A stretch of 60,595 nt of DNA, counting the filler. It is 3 parts of 3 records of this genome, joined end to end, with 100 filler letters (N's around TTAATTAATTAA, not from the genome) between each part and the next. Parts side by side here need not be neighbours in the genome. Positions count along the whole stretch, not along the records: positions 29,351 to 60,595 come from SRR2962707_1611; 2 more parts are not named here. One strand, written 5' to 3'. Of the stretch, positions 51,624-60,492 are shown piece by piece. Both the position numbers and the translations under genes were made by a program. The notes below the pieces were generated by a model. It saw nothing but the letters and a program-made list of their open reading frames with translations. It was not told the DNA's origin and ran no database searches. Each line of letters opens with the position of its first letter. Positions within the stretch are counted from its first letter, which is position 1.

Positions 51624-52733
51624 ATGACTTCTTCCTACATGATTGACCGCCGTCGCTTCCTGGGCACCTCGGTTGCTGCAGGCGCGATGGTTCTGGGTGG
51701 CGGCCTGATGTCCGCCCGCGCGGCCGACACCACCATCGGCATGATCTATGTCGGCCCGAAAGACGATTTCGGATGGAACCAGGCCCACGCCGTGGGCGCG
51801 CAGGCACTTCGCGAATTGCCGGGCATCACGGTGGTTGAGGAAGAGAACGTGCCCGAAACAGTGGCGGTGTCGAAATCGATGGAATCGATGATCAATCTCG
51901 ATGGCGTCAATTTGCTGTTCCCGACCTCGTTCGGATATTTCGACCCCTTCATGATCGATATGGCTGGCAAGTATACCGATGTGCAATTCCGTCACCCGAC
52001 CGGTCTGTGGAGCGCCGACAAGCATCCGATGAACCTTGGCGGCTATTTCTGCTACCTCGATCAGGCTCATTATGTGAACGGAATCGCGGCCGGTCTGTCG
52101 ACCACATCCAACAAGATCGGCTTCATCGCCGCCAAGCCCATCTCCCTGGTTCTGCGCAACATCAATGCGTTCACCCTCGGGGTGAAAAAGGTCAATCCGG
52201 ATGCGGAAGTTCGCCTGATCATGACCGGCGAGTGGTCGCTGCCGGTCCGTGAAGCCGAAGCCACCAATGCGCTCATCGATGTTGGCTGCGATATCATCGC
52301 CTGCCATGTCGACAGTCCGAAAGTGATTGTCGAAGCCTCCGAAGCCCGTGGCGTCAAGACCTGCGGTCACAATGCTGATCAGTCGCCGCTCGCACCGAAC
52401 GGCTTCATCACCGGCGCCGAGCTGAAATGGGGCACGGTCTACACCGAATATGCCGGATTGATCACCAAGGGCGAGGCAATCCCGAACGTCAATGAAGGCG
52501 GATACGACCGCAACATGGTTGCATCCTCGCCGTTTGGCGCTGGTTGCAGCGAAGCCGGGAAATCGGCGGCGCTCGGCGCCATCGAAGAACTCAAGACCGG
52601 CGCACCGATCTTTGTCGGACCGCTCAAGGACAACAAGGGCAACGTCGTGGTCGAGGGCACGCTCGGACTTTATGACGGGGCGCTGTGGGGCACGGACTAT
52701 CTCATCGAAGGCGTGGTCGGCTCGATCACATAG
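51624..52733 (+). CDS. BMP-family ABC substrate-binding protein, Tat-exported
   Basis: DRRRFL signal; YVGPKDDFGWNQAH; close paralog of 43629-44744. Confidence 0.92.
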   Translation: MTSSYMIDRRRFLGTSVAAGAMVLGGGLMSARAADTTIGMIYVGPKDDFGWNQAHAVGAQALRELPGITVVEEENVPETVAVSKSMESMINLDGVNLLFPTSFGYFDPFMIDMAGKYTDVQFRHPTGLWSADKHPMNLGGYFCYLDQAHYVNGIAAGLSTTSNKIGFIAAKPISLVLRNINAFTLGVKKVNPDAEVRLIMTGEWSLPVREAEATNALIDVGCDIIACHVDSPKVIVEASEARGVKTCGHNADQSPLAPNGFITGAELKWGTVYTEYAGLITKGEAIPNVNEGGYDRNMVASSPFGAGCSEAGKSAALGAIEELKTGAPIFVGPLKDNKGNVVVEGTLGLYDGALWGTDYLIEGVVGSIT

Positions 52734-52752
52734 CCTTGCCCGGATGAGATAC

Positions 52753-52794
52753 GCGCCGGGGACCACCCTTGGGGGCTGAGGAGGTCCCCGGCGC
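52753..52794. other. Stem-loop after the substrate-binding gene
   Basis: GCGCCGGGGACC...GGTCCCCGGCGC 12-bp stem. Confidence 0.6.
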
Positions 52795-52838
52795 AATTTC
52801 GTTCAATGCAATGCAAACATGTCACCAGAGGGTTTCCA

Positions 52839-54419
52839 ATGGCATTTGCAGACACTCCTTGCCCGGACTTCATCCTTTCGGCGGCCCATATCCTGACCGG
52901 AGCCGATGCATCCGGCGCGATGCAGGTGGTTGATGACGGTGCTATGCTGGTTCAGGACGGGATCATTGCCGCGATCGGCACGCTTGCGGATCTGGCACGG
53001 GACAATCCCGATATCGAGGTCAGAGGTGGCAGGGACATGGTGGCCATGCCGGGTTTTGCAAATTCGCATCACCACTTCGGCCTGACACCGCTGATGATGG
53101 GAGTGCCCTTCGCGCCGCTGGAACTCTGGCTGCCGCAATTCCGCAAGATGCGGCAGGTGAACCTGCGGCTCGACACGCTGTATTCGGCGATCGAGATGCT
53201 TGAAAGCGGCACCACCACGGTCCAGCACATCAGTTCCGGCCTATCCGGTCCGGAAGAGAACTGGGATCGCGCCACCGACGAGATCATCTCCGCCAATGGC
53301 GAAATCGGTATGCGCAGCGGCTATTGCTTCATGATCCGCGATCAGAACATCTTGTCTTATGAGGATGACGCCAAAGTGCTGGCGGCCTTGCCCGAAGAAG
53401 TCCGAGAATGGCTTGCGCCTTCCTTGCAGGCGGCCAAAACACCGACCAGCGCCTACATGGATTTTTTCAGCCGGCAGCATCGAAAATGGTCCGAGCGCAG
53501 CCCGGACATGGTACGGATGAACCTCGCGCCGGCCAATCTTCACTGGTGCAGCGACGACAGCCTGCAGATGATTTTCGCGACAGCACGGTCTCATGGCGCC
53601 AGCATACACATGCATCTGCTGGAGACCGAGCGTCAGGCCCGCTATGCGACTGCGCGCTTCAAATGCTCTGCCGTCGAGCATCTCGATCGTCTGGGATGCC
53701 TGGGGCCGGAACTGACGCTGGGCCACGGCAACTGGATGACCCGCGAAGATCTGGATCGGTTGTCCGATTGCGGCTGCATGGTGTGCCACAACGCAAGCTC
53801 CGGTCTGCGGCTCGGCAGCGGCATCGCGCCGGTCAATGAAATGCAAAGGCGCAATATTCCAGTGGCGCTCGGCGTCGACCAGTCCAACATCTGCGATGAC
53901 CGGGATATGACCATCGAGATGAAACTGGTGTGGGCGCTGCACCGCGAAACCGGCATGTGGAATGACCGGCTGGAGGCTTCCCGCGTGCTGACCATGGCGT
54001 CCGAGCATGGCGCAAAGTCAGTAGGTTTCGGCAAGATCACCGGGCGTCTTGAGGTCGGCCGGCAGGCCGATATCGTTCTGATGAGCAAAACTGAAATCGG
54101 CCGCCCGGTGCTCGATCCCCGCACCCCGATTGCCGATGCGGTGCTCCATCGCGGCAGCAAGTCCGCCATCCGCCAGGTCTATGTCGGCGGTCGTCTGGTC
54201 GTCGACAACGGCCGCGTTACCACAATCGACCGCGATGCCGTCATCGCCGAAATCTCCGACATCATGTCCGCGCCAATGACCGAAACCGAGCACAAGGCCG
54301 ACAAGATGGTGGCCGCCATGATGCCCGCCCTCGAGGCTTTCCACCGCGCCCATTCGCCTGACGCCGGATATGCCCCTTACCGGTACAACGCGATGAATGA
54401 TTCTGGGCAGCCTAGATAG
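52839..54419 (+). CDS. Metal-dependent amidohydrolase (SsnA/TrzA/AtzA-like), substrate unknown
   Basis: PGFANSHHH, ESGTTT, HMHLLE, LGHG, LGVD and G.LEVG.QAD motifs. Confidence 0.85.
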   Translation: MAFADTPCPDFILSAAHILTGADASGAMQVVDDGAMLVQDGIIAAIGTLADLARDNPDIEVRGGRDMVAMPGFANSHHHFGLTPLMMGVPFAPLELWLPQFRKMRQVNLRLDTLYSAIEMLESGTTTVQHISSGLSGPEENWDRATDEIISANGEIGMRSGYCFMIRDQNILSYEDDAKVLAALPEEVREWLAPSLQAAKTPTSAYMDFFSRQHRKWSERSPDMVRMNLAPANLHWCSDDSLQMIFATARSHGASIHMHLLETERQARYATARFKCSAVEHLDRLGCLGPELTLGHGNWMTREDLDRLSDCGCMVCHNASSGLRLGSGIAPVNEMQRRNIPVALGVDQSNICDDRDMTIEMKLVWALHRETGMWNDRLEASRVLTMASEHGAKSVGFGKITGRLEVGRQADIVLMSKTEIGRPVLDPRTPIADAVLHRGSKSAIRQVYVGGRLVVDNGRVTTIDRDAVIAEISDIMSAPMTETEHKADKMVAAMMPALEAFHRAHSPDAGYAPYRYNAMNDSGQPR

Positions 54420-54465
54420 ATAAAACCAGTCTGAGCCGAGCAGACTGGTCCCCTAACTTCGCGGT

Positions 54466-54582
54466 ATGGCCACAAGCAACCCCCTTCGCTGTTTCAAGTC
54501 GGGCCCCAAGATCATTCGCCCAACCACTACGCACTACGTCCGGCTCCCGCTTTCGCTTCGGTCTGTGGAAGACCTTTTGCAT
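54466..54582 (+). mobile_element. IS6-family transposase N-terminal remnant
   Basis: NPLRCFKSGPKIIR....YVRLPLSLRSVEDLLH resembles the IS6/IS240 N-terminus (PF.YFK.SPEIIR....YVRFPLSLRNVEDLLH). Confidence 0.75.
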
Positions 54583-54957
54583 GCGCCCTTGATAGAAATC
54601 TTGGAAACATTGCCCCATTTGGGCCGCTCCGTCATCGCCTCCGAAAGCGCAGGCTCTGAAAACGAACAGCCACGTTCTGACATCAAAAAACCGTGGCGCT
54701 TGGTGACGCGTCGCGCCGAGCTCGAAGGTTTGTGTCTTCATGATCTTCGTCACTCGTTTGCGTCTGTTGGCGCTGGTGGTGGTCTCGGTCTACCTTTAAT
54801 TGGAGGTCTGCTAGGGCACGCTGACCCGAAAACGACCGCCCGATATGCTCACCTTGCCGTTGACCCGCTGCGCCAGGGTGCAGATATGATTGCTGCATCG
54901 CTGGCAAATTCCTTCAATGGCCGAACCAATGTCGTTCCCTTCCGCAAAGGAGCTTAA
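54583..54957 (+). pseudogene. Tyrosine recombinase/integrase, C-terminal fragment
   Basis: LHDLRHSFAS, LLGH and TTARYAH catalytic motifs; N-terminal part missing. Confidence 0.88.
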
Positions 54958-54960
54958 CCA

Positions 54961-55650
54961 TTGCAAAGAGAAAACGGAGGCCTCAATTCCGAATGCGACG
55001 CCCTAAGTATCGAACAGCCTACACATCCAAAGCAGGAATATAAGCAGCGCTTGCTGCGAGGTTGGTTGAAGCAACCCAGCTGGGATCCGCAGGAGTCACG
55101 TTTATTGCTCGTAGGCTTGGATCCAGAATCGGACACCACCGACCGAAAAAGTCGTCGATGGTTACCGTCGCTATCCGCTGGACATTTCGACTTAGAAGAT
55201 GTGCTGGAGGAAGACGAAATCCAGGATCGTTTCCGTAGAGTAGATGGACTCCGGCTCACTACAGGTAAGCCAGGTGATATTATAATAAGAGCCTTTTATG
55301 CTGGCATCATTATCCCTTGGTTATATGTCGACATACATGACGAAAAATGTGAACTGCCCCACGACTTTCGCGAAGAGAGAAAACGTGAAGAGCGGGCAGA
55401 GGCAGACAAAAGAGCCAGCTTTGATAGTCGCAACGCGGCAATGAGTGCTCTGAACGCCGTCAAGCGTGCCCCAGCAATTTCTGCAGCCCAAAATACAATC
55501 AACGGCCTGGACCTCAAAGATTTTCTGAAAAAAAATGGAAAGGTAAATTTCGCCAAGGTCATCGAAAAAATTCAGGATTCCCATCCAGAGTTGGAAAAGT
55601 CAGACAAAACAATCAGGAACTGGCTCAAGGAGCGCAAGCTTACTTTGTGA
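54961..55650 (+). CDS. Hypothetical protein of the integrative element
   Basis: 229-aa lower-GC ORF between int and alpA; ends in HTH-like SDKTIRNWL; start uncertain. Confidence 0.6.
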   Translation: MQRENGGLNSECDALSIEQPTHPKQEYKQRLLRGWLKQPSWDPQESRLLLVGLDPESDTTDRKSRRWLPSLSAGHFDLEDVLEEDEIQDRFRRVDGLRLTTGKPGDIIIRAFYAGIIIPWLYVDIHDEKCELPHDFREERKREERAEADKRASFDSRNAAMSALNAVKRAPAISAAQNTINGLDLKDFLKKNGKVNFAKVIEKIQDSHPELEKSDKTIRNWLKERKLTL

Positions 55651-55751
55651 AAGTGCAAATTGTTCATTTTTGAAGGTCATTTGCACGGGCCTATACCCCC
55701 GTCCAAGTCGGTGCAAGATGGTGTCTTTCAATGATTGGAGACACATCAAAA

Positions 55752-55955
55752 ATGTCCGAAAGCACCAGAACTGAGCCGATTCTAGTCGGCACTAAAGAAG
55801 CCGCGCGCCTGCTCGGCCTTAGTTCATCGACGCTTGAAAAATGGCGATTCTTCCGCGTGGCTGGCACCCCGCCGGTCGTACGGATTGGCAGGGCCTGCCG
55901 TTACCGGTTGGACGACCTGAGAACCTGGGTAGACCAGGCGAGCAATCCTGAATAG
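55752..55955 (+). CDS. AlpA/excisionase-like HTH protein
   Basis: TKEAARLLGLSSSTLEKWR...P.VRIGR..RYRLDDLRTWV. Confidence 0.88.
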   Translation: MSESTRTEPILVGTKEAARLLGLSSSTLEKWRFFRVAGTPPVVRIGRACRYRLDDLRTWVDQASNPE

Positions 55956-56108
55956 CAAATAGGCGCTCGACCAAGGGACCACATAGGGCGTCCCCCTTAC
56001 AGCATCGAGCACTCAACGCCTGCCACCCACACGATCTGAACGGCTTGAATTATCGCCCGGCATAGCCTGCTGGCACGGTCAAGCTGTGCGCAATGAAAGA
56101 CTCTCTGA

Positions 56109-58892
56109 ATGGCGAACAACGATGAGGAAATAGTCCTATTCGCGGATGGAAAATCACGAAATTTCGCCAAGGCAGACAACCGGGCACTCGGTTGGGGGCA
56201 ATTCCGCAAGCGCTTCGAGAAGCCCTACGTCACCCCGGAGAAGCGCAAAGAGTTCAACCGGATGGGGAAGGACGAGCAGGACAACCTCAAGTCCATTTCA
56301 GGCTGGTTCTCAGGCGCGCAGTGCGAAGGCGGCTACCGAAATCTCCGGAACATCCAGCCCCGAAATCTTATCACAATCGACATGGACTACCTGCCGGATT
56401 TCGTCCCCGATCTGATTCGCACGGGCAACTTCGGCGTCTCTGAATTTGAGTTCGCAGCGCACTCTTCGAGGCGGCATACCGAGGACGAACCGCGTATCCG
56501 GGTAATTATCCCCATAAATCGACGCGTGACCCGCGACGAGTACACGGCCCTCGTCCGCATCGTCTCCCAGATGATCCACCCGGGCATGACGTGGGTCGAT
56601 CCGGTGTCTTTCCGCCCGGCGCAGATGATGTTCTATCCGACGTGCTCGAAGGACGACGAGAAGAACTACTTCTACTTCCACAACAAGGGAGACCTGCTCG
56701 ACGCTGACGCGATCCTCGAAGCGTTCGAAGAGAAGGTCGGCAACTGGAACGACCTGTCGCTCCTGCCGCATCACCCAGATGAAGACAACCTGCGCAAGCC
56801 GGCCGACCGGGCCGAAGACCCGACCGAGAAGGAAGGCGTGATCGGCGACTTCTGCCGGGCCTATACGATCTTCGATGTCATGGACGAGTTCCTGCCGGGC
56901 GTCTATCTGGCGGGCGACGAGAAGAGCGGGCACCCGCGCTTTACCTACTCCAACTCGACTTCCTCGAACGGCGCTGTCGTCTATGACGACGGCAAGTTCA
57001 TCTACTCGCACCACGGGCATGACCCGGGCTGCGACATGAACCTCAACGCCTTCGACTTCCTGCGCATCCACAAGTTCGGGAAACTGGACGAGGACCAGAA
57101 GTCGGACAAGAAGATCACGGAGCTGCCGTCGTTCAAGGCGATGGCCGATTTCGCCGATGGCCTGCCGCCGGTCAAGAAGCAGCGGGTCAAGCGGAACTAC
57201 GACATGTCCGCGATGTTCGAAGACGCTGGTGTCGAGGCGCTCGAAGCGCCCGAGAGCGACCCCATAGCCGACCTAATCGGCGACGGCCCGAGTGCGCCCA
57301 AGCCAAAGAAGGCGAAGCCCGCGCCGCGCTCGACCGAGGACGACGAGGCCGAAATGCTGGCGGCAATCCAAGCCCCCGTGGCCGACGACGCCGAGCTGCC
57401 GCCGCTGAGTACCCGGCTGCGCCACCAACCGCGTGAGCTGCCGCCTCAAGACGAGGATTGGCTGACGGAAGAGGTCGAAATGACCCGGCAAGGCGAGATC
57501 ATATCAAACCTGCCGAACGTGGCTGCGATCATCTATAACGACCCGCGCCTGCGTGGCGTCGCCGGGTTCAACGAGTTCACCAACCAGCTCGTGATCACCC
57601 GCAGCGTGAAGACCAACATCAAGGCCGTGCCGACGATCAACTGCGACGACCGCTACAACGGCTCGCGCTGGCAGGACTTCAACGACACGGCCTTCCGGGC
57701 GTTGCTGGAGTACCCGGCGGGCAAGGGCAAGGCCGGGTACGGAATGAAGGTCACGGACCGTGATCTGGCTGGTGGCATTCTGCTCGCCGCCAAGAAGAAC
57801 AGCTTCCACCCGATCCGCGACTACCTGCAAACCTGCAAGGCCGGGACGTGGGAAGCGGTCGAGACGCTCTTCATCCGGTACTTCGAGATCGAAGACAACG
57901 CCTACCACCGCGAGGTCGCGGCCAACGTCATGCTTGCCTCGGTCGCCCGCATATTCAACCCGGGGTGCAAGTTCGACTTCGCGCCGGTCATCGGCGGCAA
58001 GCAGGGGATCGGCAAGTCGTCCTTCATCAAGGTTCTCTACTCCGACAAGTGGTTCGGCGAGATCGCCTGCAAGCTGGACGACAAGCAAGACATCGCGGAA
58101 GAGATCGCGGGCAAGTGGGGCTGCGAGCTGCCGGAAATGTCGGCCTTCCACAAGTCCGACCACAACGCGGCCAAGATGTTCCTGCGGCGGACCCGGGACG
58201 ACGTTCGCATGGCCTACGGGCGGCATGTGGCTGAACTGCCCCGGCAGGCCATCTTCTGGGGCACCACGAACGACAACAAGTTCCTCAAGGACCCGACAGG
58301 CAACCGGTCGTACTGGTTGATCCTCGTGGAAATGGAAACCTTCTTCGACCTGCACGGCCTCGCTCAAGAACGTGAGGCGCTTTGGGGCGCTGCCTATGCT
58401 GAGTACGTCCGGCGGACCGGTGGTGACTTCTCCATGGAGCTGGACCTGTCACTCAAGGACTCCGAGTCGAAGCGCATCGCCAACGAATTGCAGGAAGGCG
58501 CTCGCACCGAGGAAGTCTACGAGCAGTACCGCGAGGACATCGACATGTGGCTCGCTGACCCGGTGCCGTTAAAAGAGTTCATGGCCGAACTAGGCCAGTC
58601 AATGGTGGACTTTCCGGACGACGACGATCAAGACGGCATGCGCGGCGACCAGCTCGTGCTTCGGATGGTTTTCACCAATAAGACGGCGCAAGTGGCTATC
58701 AACCTGCCGGAAAAGCTGACAAATGCCCAAGCTTCGCAGGCTGTCCAGAAGGCTATCTCCCACATGGAAGGGTGGACTTTTGAGAAGGCGCCAAGGCGCA
58801 TCCAAGGCAAATTAGGGCGCTGGAGACACCGAAACGACGCCACCCCCGAAGAGCGGGATTGCGGCTATAGGCTGTACGAAGAGGGGACCTAG
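56109..58892 (+). CDS. Primase-helicase (AEP-type primase N-domain plus VapE/VirE P-loop domain)
   Basis: TIDMD and HSSRRH...PRIRVIIP primase-like motifs; PGCKFD, GKQGIGKS (Walker A), ELPEM and GTTN...LKDPTGNR VapE motifs. Confidence 0.85.
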   Translation: MANNDEEIVLFADGKSRNFAKADNRALGWGQFRKRFEKPYVTPEKRKEFNRMGKDEQDNLKSISGWFSGAQCEGGYRNLRNIQPRNLITIDMDYLPDFVPDLIRTGNFGVSEFEFAAHSSRRHTEDEPRIRVIIPINRRVTRDEYTALVRIVSQMIHPGMTWVDPVSFRPAQMMFYPTCSKDDEKNYFYFHNKGDLLDADAILEAFEEKVGNWNDLSLLPHHPDEDNLRKPADRAEDPTEKEGVIGDFCRAYTIFDVMDEFLPGVYLAGDEKSGHPRFTYSNSTSSNGAVVYDDGKFIYSHHGHDPGCDMNLNAFDFLRIHKFGKLDEDQKSDKKITELPSFKAMADFADGLPPVKKQRVKRNYDMSAMFEDAGVEALEAPESDPIADLIGDGPSAPKPKKAKPAPRSTEDDEAEMLAAIQAPVADDAELPPLSTRLRHQPRELPPQDEDWLTEEVEMTRQGEIISNLPNVAAIIYNDPRLRGVAGFNEFTNQLVITRSVKTNIKAVPTINCDDRYNGSRWQDFNDTAFRALLEYPAGKGKAGYGMKVTDRDLAGGILLAAKKNSFHPIRDYLQTCKAGTWEAVETLFIRYFEIEDNAYHREVAANVMLASVARIFNPGCKFDFAPVIGGKQGIGKSSFIKVLYSDKWFGEIACKLDDKQDIAEEIAGKWGCELPEMSAFHKSDHNAAKMFLRRTRDDVRMAYGRHVAELPRQAIFWGTTNDNKFLKDPTGNRSYWLILVEMETFFDLHGLAQEREALWGAAYAEYVRRTGGDFSMELDLSLKDSESKRIANELQEGARTEEVYEQYREDIDMWLADPVPLKEFMAELGQSMVDFPDDDDQDGMRGDQLVLRMVFTNKTAQVAINLPEKLTNAQASQAVQKAISHMEGWTFEKAPRRIQGKLGRWRHRNDATPEERDCGYRLYEEGT

Positions 58893-58904
58893 CGGCCCCT
58901 TTTT
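58882..58904 (+). terminator. Possible terminator
   Basis: AGGGGACC-TAGC-GGCCCCT followed by a T-run, overlapping the stop codon. Confidence 0.5.
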
Positions 58905-58968
58905 CTTACCGCGCCATGGGCGCTCCATTTCGTGATTCGGAAAAATGTATAATCTACTGCACATTTGG

Positions 58969-59314
58969 CCTGTTACAGGGGCTTAGGGTGTAACAGCAAA
59001 TAGCGGACCCCGTAACGAGCAAATTATTCAATATTTTCAAGTGATTACGCTCTTGCTGTTACAGGTGTACAGCATGTTGCAGCTTTTCCCTCGTAGACAA
59101 CCAGAGACACCCACCCTCACCCTGAAATAAATCCGGTCGGCCCCTCAACTAACCGCTGCTTGCAGCTTTTGGCCCCCTTTTTGGTCATTCTCTTCGATTA
59201 CTTGTCTATATAAGCTCTTAGCTGTAACACCTGTAACACCTGCAACACCCTCTGAAATCATTGAGGAATTTCTGTTACAGGGTCGTGTTACAGCTTCTCC
59301 GTACTTGTAACAGC
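58969..59314. repeat. Iteron-like TGTWACA array forming a degenerate inverted repeat; putative origin
   Basis: About 12 exact or near copies at 58971, 58989, 59011, 59057, 59066, 59075, 59223, 59232, 59241, 59273, 59286 and 59306. Confidence 0.75.
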
Positions 59315-60134
59315 ATAAGATTACCCACACACGGACACCCGTACACATGGTGGTACCTGAGAGCCGGGGAAACCGGAGACGCCCGAGTACCCGCACAACC
59401 GACAGGTTGCATTGAGAGGGGTTTTGCTCAAAGTGCGCATGATGAGCGTCTCCGAGCGTGCAAAGTCGGCATATCCGCACATATGTAATAACATTACGGT
59501 ATCAAGATAGAAAAGGAATACCAAAAAGTGTGTAGCCCCGGGGCCTCCACGCACCCCGCAGCGGCGCTCAACCGGCCGAAGGACCCAAGCCGATACGCGC
59601 AAGGCCGGACACACGTTGACTCGGCGCTGCACATCCTTCGAGGACTGAACGGTAACAGATCACGCCAAGCTTCGCACGCGGTGGTCAAGCAAAGCCACCA
59701 AGTGCATGGGATAGGTTACCCGCATTCTTCCTTCTTAGCCTTAAGCTCCTTCGCAATCCGCGGGTCCTCAGTGCAGTAGTAAGGCCCGCTATCGCATGCG
59801 GCCTGATCGGATGAACCAAAAAGGGTCACCAACGCCGTGAACGATGCAAGTCCCTTAATCGAGTAATTGTATTCACCACAATGTCCGTCCTCATACTGAA
59901 TTATTTTCTAGGTGTTGAAACCCGGCTGATCGGACGTCGACGACCTTCACGGTAAAATTCTGCCTGTCCTTCAGCGAGATGTCGTTCCACATATCCAACA
60001 TTTTCGTACGATCCAAAAGGATGCAACCGTCCGACCAACTCGGGTCCTTGCCCTCGTGGATGAAAGATAGAGTGAATGTCTGTGCCGGGAACTATCGCAT
60101 ACGGGAGAAAGATCGTGGTCAGCGACTGCCCCAA

Positions 60135-60375
60135 GTCGAAGGGAGCGACATGCTGCCCGTTAACCACTATCTGGTCGGCGACGATGCCGCGCTCCTGCCA
60201 TTGATCAAGATGCGCCGTCATGAACCACGGGGCTGCTGCCACCAGACGAAAACTCGCATGCCGATGAGGTCGAAATGCCCCCAGGGGAGAGATCATATCG
60301 AACCTGCCGAACTGCGTCACCATCATCTATAGCCATCAGCGTCTGCGTGGCGTGGCGGGCTTTAACGAGTTCACT
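60135..60375 (+). pseudogene. Degenerate fragment homologous to the middle of the primase-helicase gene
   Basis: GAGGTCGAAATG..GAGATCATATC.AACCTGCCGAAC..ATCATCTATA..CTGCGTGGCGT.GC.GG.TT.AACGAGTTCAC shared with about 57340-57580; frameshifted. Confidence 0.85.
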
Positions 60376-60492
60376 GGCTAATTGGTCTGCACCCGGAGAA
60401 TTTCGACCACCGTCACGGCAGGTCCGAGGATGGCCTGCATTGCCCCCTACAACGGCTCGATTGATAAGCCCTACGGAACATTGAAATCCCCG

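Noticed and set aside
46023-54419. Calling the three amidohydrolases atzA, atzB and atzC (atrazine degradation)
   Set aside because: Only superfamily-level similarity is visible; the specific substrates cannot be supported from motifs.
58969-59314. CRISPR array
   Set aside because: Repeats are 7-9 bp, in both orientations, irregularly spaced, with no cas genes.
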